Below, in pieces: positions 10,480 to 21,066 of a stretch of DNA of 64,000 bases (within the stretch, counting starts at the first letter, position 1; every line of letters starts with the position of its first letter). The translations under genes and the position numbers were made by a program. The notes beneath the pieces were generated by a model that did not search any database, was not told the DNA's origin, and saw only the letters and a program-made list of their open reading frames with translations. The stretch comes from Cyanobacteria bacterium J06642_12 (GTDB taxonomy: Bacteria > Cyanobacteriota > Cyanobacteriia > Thermostichales > PCC-7336): NCBI GenBank assembly GCA_039817825.1, contig JBCBVA010000004.1, forward strand, positions 7,912-71,911, read 5' to 3'.

Positions 10480-12048
10480 CTACTCCCCAGCCCCAGGCCG
10501 CAACAGCGGAAACGCAATCACATCCCGAATGCTGGCCGAGTCCGTCAGCAACATGCAGAGGCGGTCAATTCCGATCCCCAGCCCCATCGTGGGTGGCAAT
10601 CCGTACTCGATCGCTGTCAAAAAATCCTCATCCAGAAAATGCGCTTCCTCATTACCTGCTGCCTTCTGAGCCGCTTGATCTTCCAGACGCGCTCGTTGAT
10701 CCAGTGGATCGTTCAACTCGGAATACCCGTTGGCAGTTTCGCGCCCCACAATAAACAGCTCGAATCGTTCTACTAACCCAGGCTTAGAGCGATGGGCTCG
10801 AGCCAACGGAGAATTCTCGACCGGATAATCCATCACAAAGGTAGGTTGCCGCAGCTGTTCTTCGCAGCAATCCTCAAACGCCTTCACCAACAACAACCCC
10901 AAGCTGTTGCAGTCGTCTGCCCCCTTCACATTCAAGTCCGCCAGAGCCAGCTTGGCGGCTGCCAGCCCCTCATCTGCAGGTAGTTCCGCAAAGGCATCGA
11001 AGTCAACGCCAGTCGTCTCGCTCACCAACTCGTGCATCGTCACCCGTCGCCACGGAGGAGTCAGGTCAATCTCCTCATCTTGGTACATCAGCTTAGTGGT
11101 GCCTAACGCCGCCTCAGACGCATTCACAATCAGGGTCTCCGTCAGAGCCATCATGTCGTGATAATCGCCGTACGCTTGGTACACCTCCACCGAGGTAAAT
11201 TCGGGATTGTGGCGAGTGGAAATCCCCTCGTTGCGGAAAATTCGGCCCAGCTCGAACACTTTTTCTAAGCCGCCGACCACCAGGCGCTTCAGGTGCAACT
11301 CCGTGGCAATCCGCAGGAAGAGTTCCAAATCGAGAGCGTTGTGGTGAGTCTTGAACGGGCGAGCCTCCGCTCCGCCAGCCCCTGACTGCAGTACTGGAGT
11401 TTCAATCTCCAGAAAGTCCAAATCCTCCAGGGTTCTGCGAATGGTGCGGACAATTTTGGCCCGCTGCTGGAAGGTGTGTCGCACCTCGGGATTGACCATT
11501 AAATCCACGTAGCGCTGGCGATAGCGCTTTTCCACATCCTTGAGGCCGTGGTACTTATCTGGCAGGGGCAACAGCGACTTGCTCAAAATTTTGTACTCGT
11601 CCACCGCTACCGACAATTCCCCTTTGTCCGTGCGCTTGATGGTACCGCTTACCCCCAGCCAGTCTCCGGCATCGGTCAGTTTCTTGAGGGTATTGAAGGC
11701 CCCTTCCCCCATCCCAGCAGTAATGCGCTTCTTATCGAGATACAGCTGAATTGTTCCAGACAAGTCTTGCAGCGTGAAAAAGGCCAGCTTGCCAAACACG
11801 CGCCGCAGCATAATCCGACCGGCGATCGCCACCCGATCGTCTGCCTCAGCCCCGGCCTCTAATTCTACGTAAGACTCTTGTAACTCCTGCGCCATGTGAG
11901 TGCGATCGAACTTGTAGGCATATGGCTCGATATCGGCAGCCCGTAACTGTTCGACCTTCTCGATGCGAGCAGCCTTCAATGCATCGATATCCTCCGGTTG
12001 ACCGGCATCGGTTGGAGCAGGATTGGAGGTGGCAGATTTGCTGGACAT
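10480..12048 (-). CDS. lysS: Lysyl-tRNA synthetase (class II)
   Basis: [40 protein letters not shown]. Start set at ATG 12048. Confidence 0.97.
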   Translation of the reverse strand: MSSKSATSNPAPTDAGQPEDIDALKAARIEKVEQLRAADIEPYAYKFDRTHMAQELQESYVELEAGAEADDRVAIAGRIMLRRVFGKLAFFTLQDLSGTIQLYLDKKRITAGMGEGAFNTLKKLTDAGDWLGVSGTIKRTDKGELSVAVDEYKILSKSLLPLPDKYHGLKDVEKRYRQRYVDLMVNPEVRHTFQQRAKIVRTIRRTLEDLDFLEIETPVLQSGAGGAEARPFKTHHNALDLELFLRIATELHLKRLVVGGLEKVFELGRIFRNEGISTRHNPEFTSVEVYQAYGDYHDMMALTETLIVNASEAALGTTKLMYQDEEIDLTPPWRRVTMHELVSETTGVDFDAFAELPADEGLAAAKLALADLNVKGADDCNSLGLLLVKAFEDCCEEQLRQPTFVMDYPVENSPLARAHRSKPGLVERFELFIVGRETANGYSELNDPLDQRARLEDQAAQKAAGNEEAHFLDEDFLTAIEYGLPPTMGLGIGIDRLCMLLTDSASIRDVIAFPLLRPGAGE

Positions 12049-12636
12049 GTCTGAAGGTGCTTGTGAAACCTTCAACAGTCTAGGGGACGAGGGGCATGGC
12101 TTCCACTCCCCGGTAAATCTCCGCGGGAACTGCAGCATGTAACCGACGACCACCGATCCGGACATCCGGCCTGAGAGACATCCATAGGCAGACTTGTGCT
12201 AGTTTTCACGCAAATGAACGAGCGGACGCGATCGCATCCCTACCCCGTACATTCCACGTTCAATTCAGCGGAAGAACGTCGACTCAAAATCTGTGTATTC
12301 AGTGCCCCATCTGAATTCGTTCGGGCAGGCGACATTCTGCGCGCCTAACACTGCAGAGATGTAGCAACTACAGCCGAGGCTGCGTCATAGCGAAGGCCAG
12401 CCTCGGAATATACACCCAGGCGGTTACTGGGCCAACTACTGGCTATGGTGTATCCACTGTAGTTGCGTCCAATCGCAACATGGCATCGTAAAGTGGCCGT
12501 TCAGGCGCCTGTGCCCCCAAACGCTGCAACAGTCTATTCCGACCAGCCATCACAGGTCCCATCCCACTCATCCGGCAATACGTGTGAGTTCCCTCCATTG
12601 CCCGAGCGCCATTTATTCATGACCGGCTACTCATTC

Positions 12637-14403
12637 ATGAGCGCAGCTAACCCGATCGAAGCCACAGTTGTCGTTGTTGACGATCAAACATCGGTTCGCA
12701 CAGCATTGACACGAGCCATGGACAGCCAAGGCTATCGGACGATCGCGTTGGCATCCGCTCAAGACTGCATAAAATTTTGCCTGCACAACACGCCGGATGC
12801 CATTCTGCTTGACAGCATGATGCCGGAGATGGATGGGTTCACCTGCTGCAAACTCTTGCAGGCGGCATTAGGAGATGACTGTCCGCCAATTTTGATGGTG
12901 ACAGCCCTAGACGATCGCCACTCTGTGGATCGGGCATTTGAAGTCGGTGCCAAAGATTTCATTACCAAACCCATTCACTGGCCCGTTCTGTATAATCGCT
13001 TATCCGAATTAATTCGATCCCACCGTAACTCGGTCAAGCTACGCCAAGAAATTACTCGTTCTCAACGATTGGCCCAACAACTGGAGCTGGCCAATCAGGA
13101 TTTGGAACTAAAAGTTAGTCAGCGGGCCAGCCAACTCCAAGACGTACTCACATTCGAGTCCTTACTCAAACGGATTACCGATCGCGTTCGCGAAACCCTG
13201 GACGAAGGGAATATCCTGCGAACTGTGGTGGATGAGTTGGCCACCTGTCTGAGATTGAGCAGCGCTAGCGTGGGGCTTCTGAAATCAGGCTGCCAAGCTT
13301 ACACCATTCAATTCGACTGTGCCCTATCGCTGCCATCTTGCGAAGGACGCATCGTCAGAGCTGACGATCATCCCGATGTGTGGTGGTGCTTTCAGCAGGG
13401 ATACAGCGTCTATCACACGTGGCTGCATCCACTACAAGGCAAAGTAGTGGCGCTAGATTGTCCGTTGATGGATGAGGACGGTCGCTTACTCGGAGTGCTG
13501 AACTTAATGCGTCCCCACTTGGGCTCATTTTCGAGGCTGGAAATTCGCCTGGCAGAACAAGTGGCCAATCAATGCGCGATCGCCATTCGCCAAGCTCAGT
13601 TGTACGGAGCGGCCAAAAGCAAAATTTCAGAGTTGCAGCGGCTAGCCGAGTTGAAAGACGATTTCATGAGCACGGTATCGCACGAATTGCGCACCCCCCT
13701 GACCAGCATGCGCATGTCGTTGCAAATGCTCAAGCACGCTTCCCATCCCGATAAACGCCAGCGCTATCTATCGATGTTGGAATCAGAGTGCGAACGGGAA
13801 ATTCGATTGGTGGAAGACCTGCTGCTCATGCGCGAATTGACCGTTCAACTGGATTCCGAGCAACGCCATCGATTGGAACTCGGACAACTCGTGGGGTCAA
13901 TCGTGGAGGCCAATTCTAGTGCTCCACATGCTCAGCATGTCGATATCACTTTCGCCACCTCTCCTCATAAATATTGGGTTCACCTCAACGAGCACTACCT
14001 ATCCCGAGTGCTGAACGAGCTGCTTGAAAATGCCTGCAAGCACAGTGGCAGCCGCGGCAGGGTCAGCATCGATGTCTCCGAGCGAGCTTGCCAACACAAC
14101 TGGGTAGCGATCGGTGTGCGCAACGATGGTGAGATTCCCCAAGCCGAGCTTCAGCATCTATTCGATACTTTCCACCGTGTGTCTCAGGGCGATCGCTGGC
14201 AAACCAGCGGCACCGGTTTGGGGCTGGCCCTCGTCAAACAAATTGTTGAACGCTTAGGCGGTTCTATCTCGGTGACAAGTGCTGGAGGTTGGGTTCAGTT
14301 TGACCTTCACCTACCCCTCGAACATCCCCCCAAGATTCCGGCAGCCACCACCCAGCCCCTAGCCACAGCCGCTCCAATGGCCATGTCACGCTCGTCACGC
14401 TGA
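12637..14403 (+). CDS. Hybrid sensor histidine kinase (REC-GAF-HisKA-HATPase)
   Basis: VVDD...LLDSMMPEMDG...KP receiver, GAF-like segment, H-box SHELRTPLT, ENACKH, GTGLGL. Start uncertain (ORF open from 12463). Confidence 0.9.
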   Translation: MSAANPIEATVVVVDDQTSVRTALTRAMDSQGYRTIALASAQDCIKFCLHNTPDAILLDSMMPEMDGFTCCKLLQAALGDDCPPILMVTALDDRHSVDRAFEVGAKDFITKPIHWPVLYNRLSELIRSHRNSVKLRQEITRSQRLAQQLELANQDLELKVSQRASQLQDVLTFESLLKRITDRVRETLDEGNILRTVVDELATCLRLSSASVGLLKSGCQAYTIQFDCALSLPSCEGRIVRADDHPDVWWCFQQGYSVYHTWLHPLQGKVVALDCPLMDEDGRLLGVLNLMRPHLGSFSRLEIRLAEQVANQCAIAIRQAQLYGAAKSKISELQRLAELKDDFMSTVSHELRTPLTSMRMSLQMLKHASHPDKRQRYLSMLESECEREIRLVEDLLLMRELTVQLDSEQRHRLELGQLVGSIVEANSSAPHAQHVDITFATSPHKYWVHLNEHYLSRVLNELLENACKHSGSRGRVSIDVSERACQHNWVAIGVRNDGEIPQAELQHLFDTFHRVSQGDRWQTSGTGLGLALVKQIVERLGGSISVTSAGGWVQFDLHLPLEHPPKIPAATTQPLATAAPMAMSRSSR

Positions 14404-14480
14404 TTGACCGGTCGGGTAGTGGCCATCTCTCAGTACTAGAAGCGAACTGAACCAGATTTCGATCCCCCTCACCTCGAATT

Positions 14481-14575
14481 TATAGTGCTTGCCATTTCAG
14501 TTAGGACAAAGGCTTTTATGCGCTGTCAGGGAAAGACATAGCTGAAATGTCCGCAGTGGTATGGCCACTGCTATA
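14481..14575. mobile_element. MITE-like dispersed repeat, copy 1 (including flanking TA)
   Basis: TATAGTGCTTGCCATTTCAG...GCTGAAATGTCCGCAGTGGTATGGCCACTGCTATA. Similar copies at 20866, 37204 and 53708. Confidence 0.85.
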
Positions 14576-14595
14576 CGTTCACTGAACATTAGGAT

Positions 14596-15750
14596 TTAAC
14601 GAGCAGCAGCGATCGCGGCAGGGAGCGCTTCCAATAGGCGATCGACATTCTCGCAGCGGCTGTTATGACCCATGAGGCCAATACGCCATACCTGACCGCC
14701 CAACTCACCTAAGCCATTACCCAGCTCGATGTTGTAGTTGTTCAGCAGCTTGAGGAAAACATCCTTCCCATTCACGCCGTCGGGAATACGGACGGTGGTG
14801 AGGGTGGGTAAACGGTACTGGCGATCGACGTGGCATTCTAAGCCAATCTCTGCCAAGCCGTTCCACAAGTACTCTGCCGTATCTTGGTGGCGCTTCCAAC
14901 GGGCAGTCAGCCCCTCGTCTGCAATCAGACGTAAGCTCTCGCGAATTGCGTACGTCATGGAGATGGGGGCCGTGTGGTGATAGGTGCGATCGTTACCCCA
15001 ATACTTGCTCACCAAGCCCATGTCTAGATACCAGTTGGGCACTTTGCCGGCACGATGATTTAGCTTCTCAACGGCACGGGGTCCCAAGGTGAACGGAGAA
15101 ATCCCGGGAGGGCAACTGAGACATTTCTGGCTACAGCTATACGCCATATCCACTCCCCAGTCATCCAAGAAAATGGGCACTCCTCCCAGACTGGTAACGG
15201 TATCGGCCAACAACAGACAATCAAATTCTTTGCACAAGTCACCAACGCCATCGAGCGGTTGGCGAGCCCCGGTGGAGGTTTCGGCGTGAACTAGGGCCAG
15301 AATAGCGGGACGGTGTTCTTCCAGTCCTTTACGAATCTCATCGAGGGAGAACACGTTGCCCCATGGTTGGTTAATCGTGCGCACGTCCGCTCCGTAGCGC
15401 TCCGCCATATCTACCAGGCGGTGACCAAAATATCCATTGACGCCCACGAGAACAACATCGCCGCGCTCCACAGTGTTTGCCAGCGTGGCTTCCATTGCTG
15501 CGCTACCGGTACCGCTGACCGGAATGGTCAACTGATTATCCGTTTGCCAGATGTACCGCAACAGGGATTGGACTTCCCCCATGCGGGCCAAGAATTCGGG
15601 GTCGAGGTGGCTCACCTGACGGGTGGTCATAGCATTCAGTACTGCCGGATCTGCGTTAGATGGCCCAGGCCCCAAGAGCAACCGCTCGGGCATTTTGAGA
15701 GGAGCGAGGGACAAACGGTGGCGATCGCTAACAGCAGCAGTTGCAGTCAT
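14596..15750 (-). CDS. Alanine-glyoxylate / serine-pyruvate aminotransferase (class V PLP)
   Basis: RLLLGPGPS, GTGSAAME, HAETSTG, PLP lysine in SCSQKCL, WRIGLMG. Confidence 0.92.
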   Translation of the reverse strand: MTATAAVSDRHRLSLAPLKMPERLLLGPGPSNADPAVLNAMTTRQVSHLDPEFLARMGEVQSLLRYIWQTDNQLTIPVSGTGSAAMEATLANTVERGDVVLVGVNGYFGHRLVDMAERYGADVRTINQPWGNVFSLDEIRKGLEEHRPAILALVHAETSTGARQPLDGVGDLCKEFDCLLLADTVTSLGGVPIFLDDWGVDMAYSCSQKCLSCPPGISPFTLGPRAVEKLNHRAGKVPNWYLDMGLVSKYWGNDRTYHHTAPISMTYAIRESLRLIADEGLTARWKRHQDTAEYLWNGLAEIGLECHVDRQYRLPTLTTVRIPDGVNGKDVFLKLLNNYNIELGNGLGELGGQVWRIGLMGHNSRCENVDRLLEALPAAIAAAR

Positions 15751-15898
15751 GACATAGGGGGATAAACACTACGAATTCAGGGGGTTGAACCCGAAGATGG
15801 ATTATCCCACGATCGGGGAGCGATAACGGAGTTTTGTAACATTCGATGCAGAACTAGGGGATGGGGAAAACACTGGCTGATGGTTGAAAGGGTTTGGT

Positions 15899-15998
15899 GT
15901 CCTTGGTCCTTGGTCCTTGGTCCTTGGTCCTTGGCCCTTGGTCTTTGGTCCTTGGTCGTTAATAAAAACCAATGACCAGTGACTAATGACCAATGACT
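15899..15998. repeat. Composite heptamer tandem repeat (STRR2-like)
   Basis: 8 x GTCCTTG-like units (15899-15954), then 4 x CCAATGA-like units (15969-15996), just after the gdhA stop. Confidence 0.88.
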
Positions 15999-16017
15999 GG
16001 TAGTCCAGACCTAAACT

Positions 16018-17307
16018 TCACGCCCCCCGCAAATAGTAATTCCTCGTCCCTCGAGCCGCGATCGCCGCACTCAGCCTCTCCAGCGCATGCACGTACGCTG
16101 CCGTACGGTACGAAATCTGTTTCTCTTTGCCTAGCTGATAAACCGTTTCTGCCTCATATTCAATCTTGCTTTTGAGCCGATCGTTGACCTGCGCTTCCGA
16201 CCAATACTGTCCGGCACGGTTCTGCACCCATTCGAAGTAACTGACGGTGACGCCTCCAGCATTAACCAGGATGTCCGGCATGACAAAGACGCCTTTTCGC
16301 TCCAGAATCTCGTCCGCTTCAGGAGTCACGGGGCCGTTCGCCACTTCAAAAATGAACTGAGCGCGGATACGGGGGGCGTTATCGGCACGAATTTGGTTTT
16401 CGAGAGCAGCGGGAATGAGGACATCGACATCCAGCTCTAGCAACTCATCATTGGTAATCTGCTGATGATCGACCAAATTGCAGACGCTACCTTCGCAGTA
16501 CACGGCTTCTAGCTGGCGCGAATGTTCCTTTTGGTAGCGGATGCTGGGGATGTCCAACCCTTGAGGAGAGTAGATCCCTCCGCGTGAATCGCTGACCGCC
16601 ACCACTGTGTAACCCGCTTGGAATAGCAGCTCGGCTAAGACAGCGCCGGCATTGCCGAACCCCTGGATGGCAACAGTGGTGTAGGCAGGATAGCGATCGA
16701 ATTTCGGTAAGAGAGTGTTAATGACATCAAACGCACCACGCGCGGTTGCCTCGTTACGCCCCAAACTTCCCCCCATCGCCAACGGCTTGCCCGTGATCGC
16801 CGCAGGCACTAAGTGACGGCGAATAGTGCTGTATTGATCCATCATCCAGCCCATGATGGTGGGGTTGGTGTAGACATCGGGGGCTGGAATATCGACGTCC
16901 GGCCCGATAAAATCGGCGATCGCGTCAATATATCCGCGACTTAACCGCTCTAATTCGAACTTGGAGAGTGCTTTCGGATCGAGGGTGACACCACCCTTTC
17001 CACCGCCAAACGGCAAATCCAGCACAGCACACTTAAACGTCATCCAAAACGCCAGACTGGTGACCTCATCCAGAGTCACATCGGGATGAAAGCGAATTCC
17101 CCCTTTGGCCGGACCGCGAACGGTACTGTAGCGGACTCGGTAGCCCTGAAACACTTGCAGCGAGCCGTCATCCATCCGCACGGGAATGGAGACGGTCAGG
17201 GATGCCTTAGGGTATTTCAGCATCTCCAGCGTTTCGTCCGGCAGAGATACGTACTGAAGGGGTTTTTCTAACCGCTGACTGGCTTGAGAAAACAGACTGG
17301 ACGCCAC
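16018..17307 (-). CDS. gdhA: Glu/Leu/Phe/Val dehydrogenase (glutamate dehydrogenase)
   Basis: [49 protein letters not shown]. Confidence 0.9.
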   Translation of the reverse strand: MASSLFSQASQRLEKPLQYVSLPDETLEMLKYPKASLTVSIPVRMDDGSLQVFQGYRVRYSTVRGPAKGGIRFHPDVTLDEVTSLAFWMTFKCAVLDLPFGGGKGGVTLDPKALSKFELERLSRGYIDAIADFIGPDVDIPAPDVYTNPTIMGWMMDQYSTIRRHLVPAAITGKPLAMGGSLGRNEATARGAFDVINTLLPKFDRYPAYTTVAIQGFGNAGAVLAELLFQAGYTVVAVSDSRGGIYSPQGLDIPSIRYQKEHSRQLEAVYCEGSVCNLVDHQQITNDELLELDVDVLIPAALENQIRADNAPRIRAQFIFEVANGPVTPEADEILERKGVFVMPDILVNAGGVTVSYFEWVQNRAGQYWSEAQVNDRLKSKIEYEAETVYQLGKEKQISYRTAAYVHALERLSAAIAARGTRNYYLRGA

Positions 17308-17515
17308 TAAGAAACCCTCCGGTCAATCCCGATTAAATCTGGAATTTGCGATTTTGAACTTCTCTTGAAGGGGAGGCAGGCCAGCAATTGCTTTGATAGG
17401 CTCTGTTGCGTCTGGCGGCAAGCTCTCTCTCTGTCTGCACTGCTCAGTCACAAGAATATGCCGTCACGAGATCGCGACGTTGGCCCTCGCCCCATTACCC
17501 CACTATTATCCCGTC

Positions 17516-18214
17516 ATGAAAAAGCTAATTTCTTTACTTTTAATGTCATCTGTCCTGACAGTTGCAATACCGGCTGCGGCTGACGGGTTAGATACCGCTT
17601 CTGCTCCAGCGATCGCCCAAGTCCCCTCCAGTGTGGATGCCAACCAGTTCAATCCCTTAGGACTGTTTTCCGAACCTGGCACGTGGATGGAATTTCGCAT
17701 GCAAAGTACCGATCTGTCTGGAGATATGAAAATCACCTGGTTGGAGCGAGACGTTGTAGAAGGTGTTGAGTACCAGTGGATGGAGATGGAACTCGACGCA
17801 CAGGGGCAGAGGATGATTTCAAAACGACTGACGAATCTGGGAGATTCAGGTCCAATCTTTCGGGAAATGATTCTCAAGCTGGGGGACGAACCTGCCATGC
17901 TGGTCTCGTCTGAAATGCTGCAAATGGGTCTTGGGGCCGCATTCGAGGTCAACCCACCTGCACCAGAAGTCGGAGAAGAGCCTGTTTATGTGGGCACCGA
18001 AACGGTCACGGTTGGTGCTGGTACATTCGAGACGGATGTGTACGAGTTTCGCAGCGATGGAGAGGTCGTGCGCGGGTATATCGCCAATTCACTGCCGGGG
18101 ATGGTGTTGATGGAAGGGGAAGACATGCGGATGGAATTGATGGGCTCGGGACGAGACGGGCGATCGGCCATTACCGAGGCACCAGTACCTGCAGAGGAAC
18201 TCTTTGGCAGGTAA
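17516..18214 (+). CDS. Secreted hypothetical protein
   Basis: Signal peptide MKKLISLLLMSSVLTVAIPAAA from ATG 17516; ETVTVGAGTFET beta-strand motif. Confidence 0.7.
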   Translation: MKKLISLLLMSSVLTVAIPAAADGLDTASAPAIAQVPSSVDANQFNPLGLFSEPGTWMEFRMQSTDLSGDMKITWLERDVVEGVEYQWMEMELDAQGQRMISKRLTNLGDSGPIFREMILKLGDEPAMLVSSEMLQMGLGAAFEVNPPAPEVGEEPVYVGTETVTVGAGTFETDVYEFRSDGEVVRGYIANSLPGMVLMEGEDMRMELMGSGRDGRSAITEAPVPAEELFGR

Positions 18215-18430
18215 TGACCAAAGGGGCGATCGCGATTGGCAACTGGAGATTGGAGCAACGTCAGTTCGATCGTGTTATTTGAGCAAGATGTTTGTCTCGC
18301 CACACAACGACATCATTTGGGGGAAAGGACTCTTGCTCCCTTCCCCTAATAAGTTCAAAAGGAGCAAGACGGTTCTAGCTCCTACTCAGCCCAGACATTG
18401 GTTTGGGAAGTCTACCCGGTCGAATTTCCA

Positions 18431-20479
18431 TTACTGCAGTGTTCCTTCGGGAAGGCCGACCCCGGCATCAAAGATATTGAAGTCATCAATGCGCACCCGA
18501 AAACTACCCGATTGGCTAATCAAGCTAAAACTGATATCGATACCGTAAGTTCGGCGATCGTAGGAAATTGAGTAGAGGGTATCTAGCTCTTCAAACCCTT
18601 CGTCGAGGCGAATGCGAGTCTCGGCACCAATTCGAAACGGGCCGTAAAGCTGTTGACGTAATCCCAGACGAACGGTTTCGCGGGAGCGGAATCGATCAAA
18701 GCGGAGTGGTGTATCGTCATCGACAACACCATTGCTATAGATCAAATTAAACGCAGTGTAATCGAAGAAATTGCGATCGAATTCTCCCAACACCGTTTGA
18801 AACCCGATGCTGCCGATCAGAGATGTTTGAATATCGCCAGTCGTGTAGGCGGCAGCGTTGGTTCGCAGACCCGTGATCGCCCAAAAGCCCTGTTCGATCG
18901 GCGCAAAACTAAACCGGGGCTGAGGGCGATCGCTCACATCGACCTGCCATAGCGGAAACCTGCCACTCAACGCGGCATCCGCCCGTAACCGACCCACCTG
19001 CACAAACTCCAGGCGATCGTCACGACTCTCACCATCTAAGTAATCTCCCGCGATCCGGGAACTAAAGCTAATTCCGGAATTGCCCAGATCGATCCTTGGC
19101 GAATTGTAGGCAACCCCCGCCTCGTGAAATAGGTCGGTTCGGGTATCCACTTCACCAAAGATCGGGCGGAATCGGGGTCGGTAGGCATAGCGCAACACAA
19201 CGTTGCCGCGATTGGTACCCACTGGAATGCGGTGCTGGATACGAGCCCGAATTTCATCGTCTACGCCGCTGGCAAACGCCAGCGAGTTGAGGGCTACAAA
19301 AATATCGGTCACCTGTTTGCCGGGGCTGACGCGATTAAATTCCAAATCCAGACCGAAGGCCGCGAGAATGCCGTCTTCGTTGCCGAACTGCTGTACCCTC
19401 AGTCGGGGCGCGACCGTGAAGGCGATATTTCGTTGCCCCAAGAGTTCTAGATTGCGGCGCAGAATTAATCCGCCGTCATCATCGTCAAACAGAACATCGA
19501 ACGGAGGGCGGCGACCGACGGAGTCATCTCCGATCACAATTTGGTTGTCGCGCAGGGGCAGTCGAAACTTGCGATCGAACCACAGGCTGCTGCCCCGCAT
19601 GGTGAGCAAGCTGGCTCCGTTTGGCAATTCTTCCAGTACCGCTGTTTCCGATCGCCGCTCCAATTCCGGTCCCCGAGGTGGCCCCTCTGGGTCGTTGGTG
19701 ACCGCAACATTGGTGGCCGTCCAATTCTCTGGAGTGAGATTGATGCGATCGGCTTCGAAGCGCACAAACTTGATGTTCGGTCGGGATGATGGAGTGTCGA
19801 ATACCGATGTAGCCACTGCGTCAGTGGATAGCGTTGCCCGTTGGATGCTGACCGGCAAGTTAACGATATCCAGTTCCCCTTCCGCATTGTCCAGGTAGCC
19901 CGTTTGGTCTCCCGTGTTGTACTCCAGGTAGGTGCCCCGAACTTCCTGGCGCTCGTCAATTTTGATGACGACATTGCCTTCTGCCGTCGCAATTTCCGTG
20001 ACCAAATTCATGGTGACGGTGTCGGCATTGAGGATGGTTTGCCCGAAGACCATCTCCACATTGCCTTCCGCCGTAAATATTTGGGTGTCGGAGTTGAATG
20101 TCTGGCGATCCGAGCGAATTTGCAGGGCGTTTTCCGGCAACGCCGTTTCCCCTGTAGGTGTTCCTGTTGCTGAATCTAGGTCGGGGGATGGAGCTAATTC
20201 GGGACTGATGTTTGTTTCGGTAGGCTGTTCATCTAGCTCGCTCTCGGCTCCCGGTTCGGTGTCTACTTCCGGTTCGGTGTCTAGTTGCGCAACTGGGTTG
20301 CTGTCCCTGTTTGGCGACTGCTCCCCATCGAGTGGCTCGCTGGGTAAAAGCTGAGAGGCTTCTCCGTCAGCTTGGAGACTATTAGCTGACGCTCCCGGTG
20401 GGGACTCCGGTGGAACTGTTTCCAGAGGGGGGAGCTGGGCGATCGATAGGGGAGTTAACCAAAAAAGCAGGGGTATCAC
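18431..20479 (-). CDS. LptD/OstA-like outer-membrane protein (DUF3769-like)
   Basis: IRSDRQ..FTAEGNV OstA-like N-domain, and C-terminal RNFFDYT, QQLYGPFRIG, YDRRTY typical of cyanobacterial LptD-like proteins. Confidence 0.8.
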   Translation of the reverse strand: MIPLLFWLTPLSIAQLPPLETVPPESPPGASANSLQADGEASQLLPSEPLDGEQSPNRDSNPVAQLDTEPEVDTEPGAESELDEQPTETNISPELAPSPDLDSATGTPTGETALPENALQIRSDRQTFNSDTQIFTAEGNVEMVFGQTILNADTVTMNLVTEIATAEGNVVIKIDERQEVRGTYLEYNTGDQTGYLDNAEGELDIVNLPVSIQRATLSTDAVATSVFDTPSSRPNIKFVRFEADRINLTPENWTATNVAVTNDPEGPPRGPELERRSETAVLEELPNGASLLTMRGSSLWFDRKFRLPLRDNQIVIGDDSVGRRPPFDVLFDDDDGGLILRRNLELLGQRNIAFTVAPRLRVQQFGNEDGILAAFGLDLEFNRVSPGKQVTDIFVALNSLAFASGVDDEIRARIQHRIPVGTNRGNVVLRYAYRPRFRPIFGEVDTRTDLFHEAGVAYNSPRIDLGNSGISFSSRIAGDYLDGESRDDRLEFVQVGRLRADAALSGRFPLWQVDVSDRPQPRFSFAPIEQGFWAITGLRTNAAAYTTGDIQTSLIGSIGFQTVLGEFDRNFFDYTAFNLIYSNGVVDDDTPLRFDRFRSRETVRLGLRQQLYGPFRIGAETRIRLDEGFEELDTLYSISYDRRTYGIDISFSLISQSGSFRVRIDDFNIFDAGVGLPEGTLQ

Positions 20480-20865
20480 GTGCTCTACATCCAGGGGAGA
20501 TGGGGCTGCGGAAGGTCATCTTATGGGTGTTGAGTGAGGGAGTGTGAGGGAGATACACCTTGCAACGCACATCGATGCTGAACGTGCCGGTGGGATTCTC
20601 GGACTGCTTATTACTGTAATGACTTTTCGATCGAAACGCTCTGCCGATTGACGTCCCCTCCCATCTGGACACACCGATATCTGGGCTAAACCATCCACTT
20701 GGCATCGAGAAAGCGCGTTCCCACCAATTTTCACCAATTACTGGAAAATTTTTAATTGAGTTCGGTGTCGTTAGGTGCGAGCGATCGCGACTGGAACCCT
20801 ACCGCCATACCCACTGACTTGCTGCGTTGGTGCCACTCACAATAGGCCAGAACAAGGCCACAACC

Positions 20866-20960
20866 TATAGCGTTTTTCATTTCAGTCAGGACACTCAACT
20901 CTAGGTGTAGACAGGGATTGCTATAGCTGAAATGTCCGCAGTGATGTGGTCACTGCTCTA
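20866..20960. mobile_element. MITE-like dispersed repeat, copy 2
   Basis: TATAGCGTTTTTCATTTCAG...GCTGAAATGTCCGCAGTGATGTGGTCACTGCTCTA, 95 bp. Confidence 0.82.
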
Positions 20961-21066
20961 GCTGGAATCGCACGAGTTAGCAGACTTGAATTTGCACCGC
21001 AAGAACTGCAGCAGGAGGACAGCCGAGTGCTAGCATAAAAAGCTGTGCGAGCAAGCGGGTGCAGTT

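Noticed and set aside
12637-14403. Cyanobacteriochrome photoreceptor
   Set aside because: The GAF region lacks a recognisable bilin-binding CH motif and Asp motif.
15836-15849. GTA-N8-TGC as an NtcA site for the aminotransferase
   Set aside because: Imperfect half-site and no -10 element at the expected spacing.
15802-15993. 63-aa ORF with QGPRTK repeats
   Set aside because: It is only the translation of the heptamer tandem repeats.
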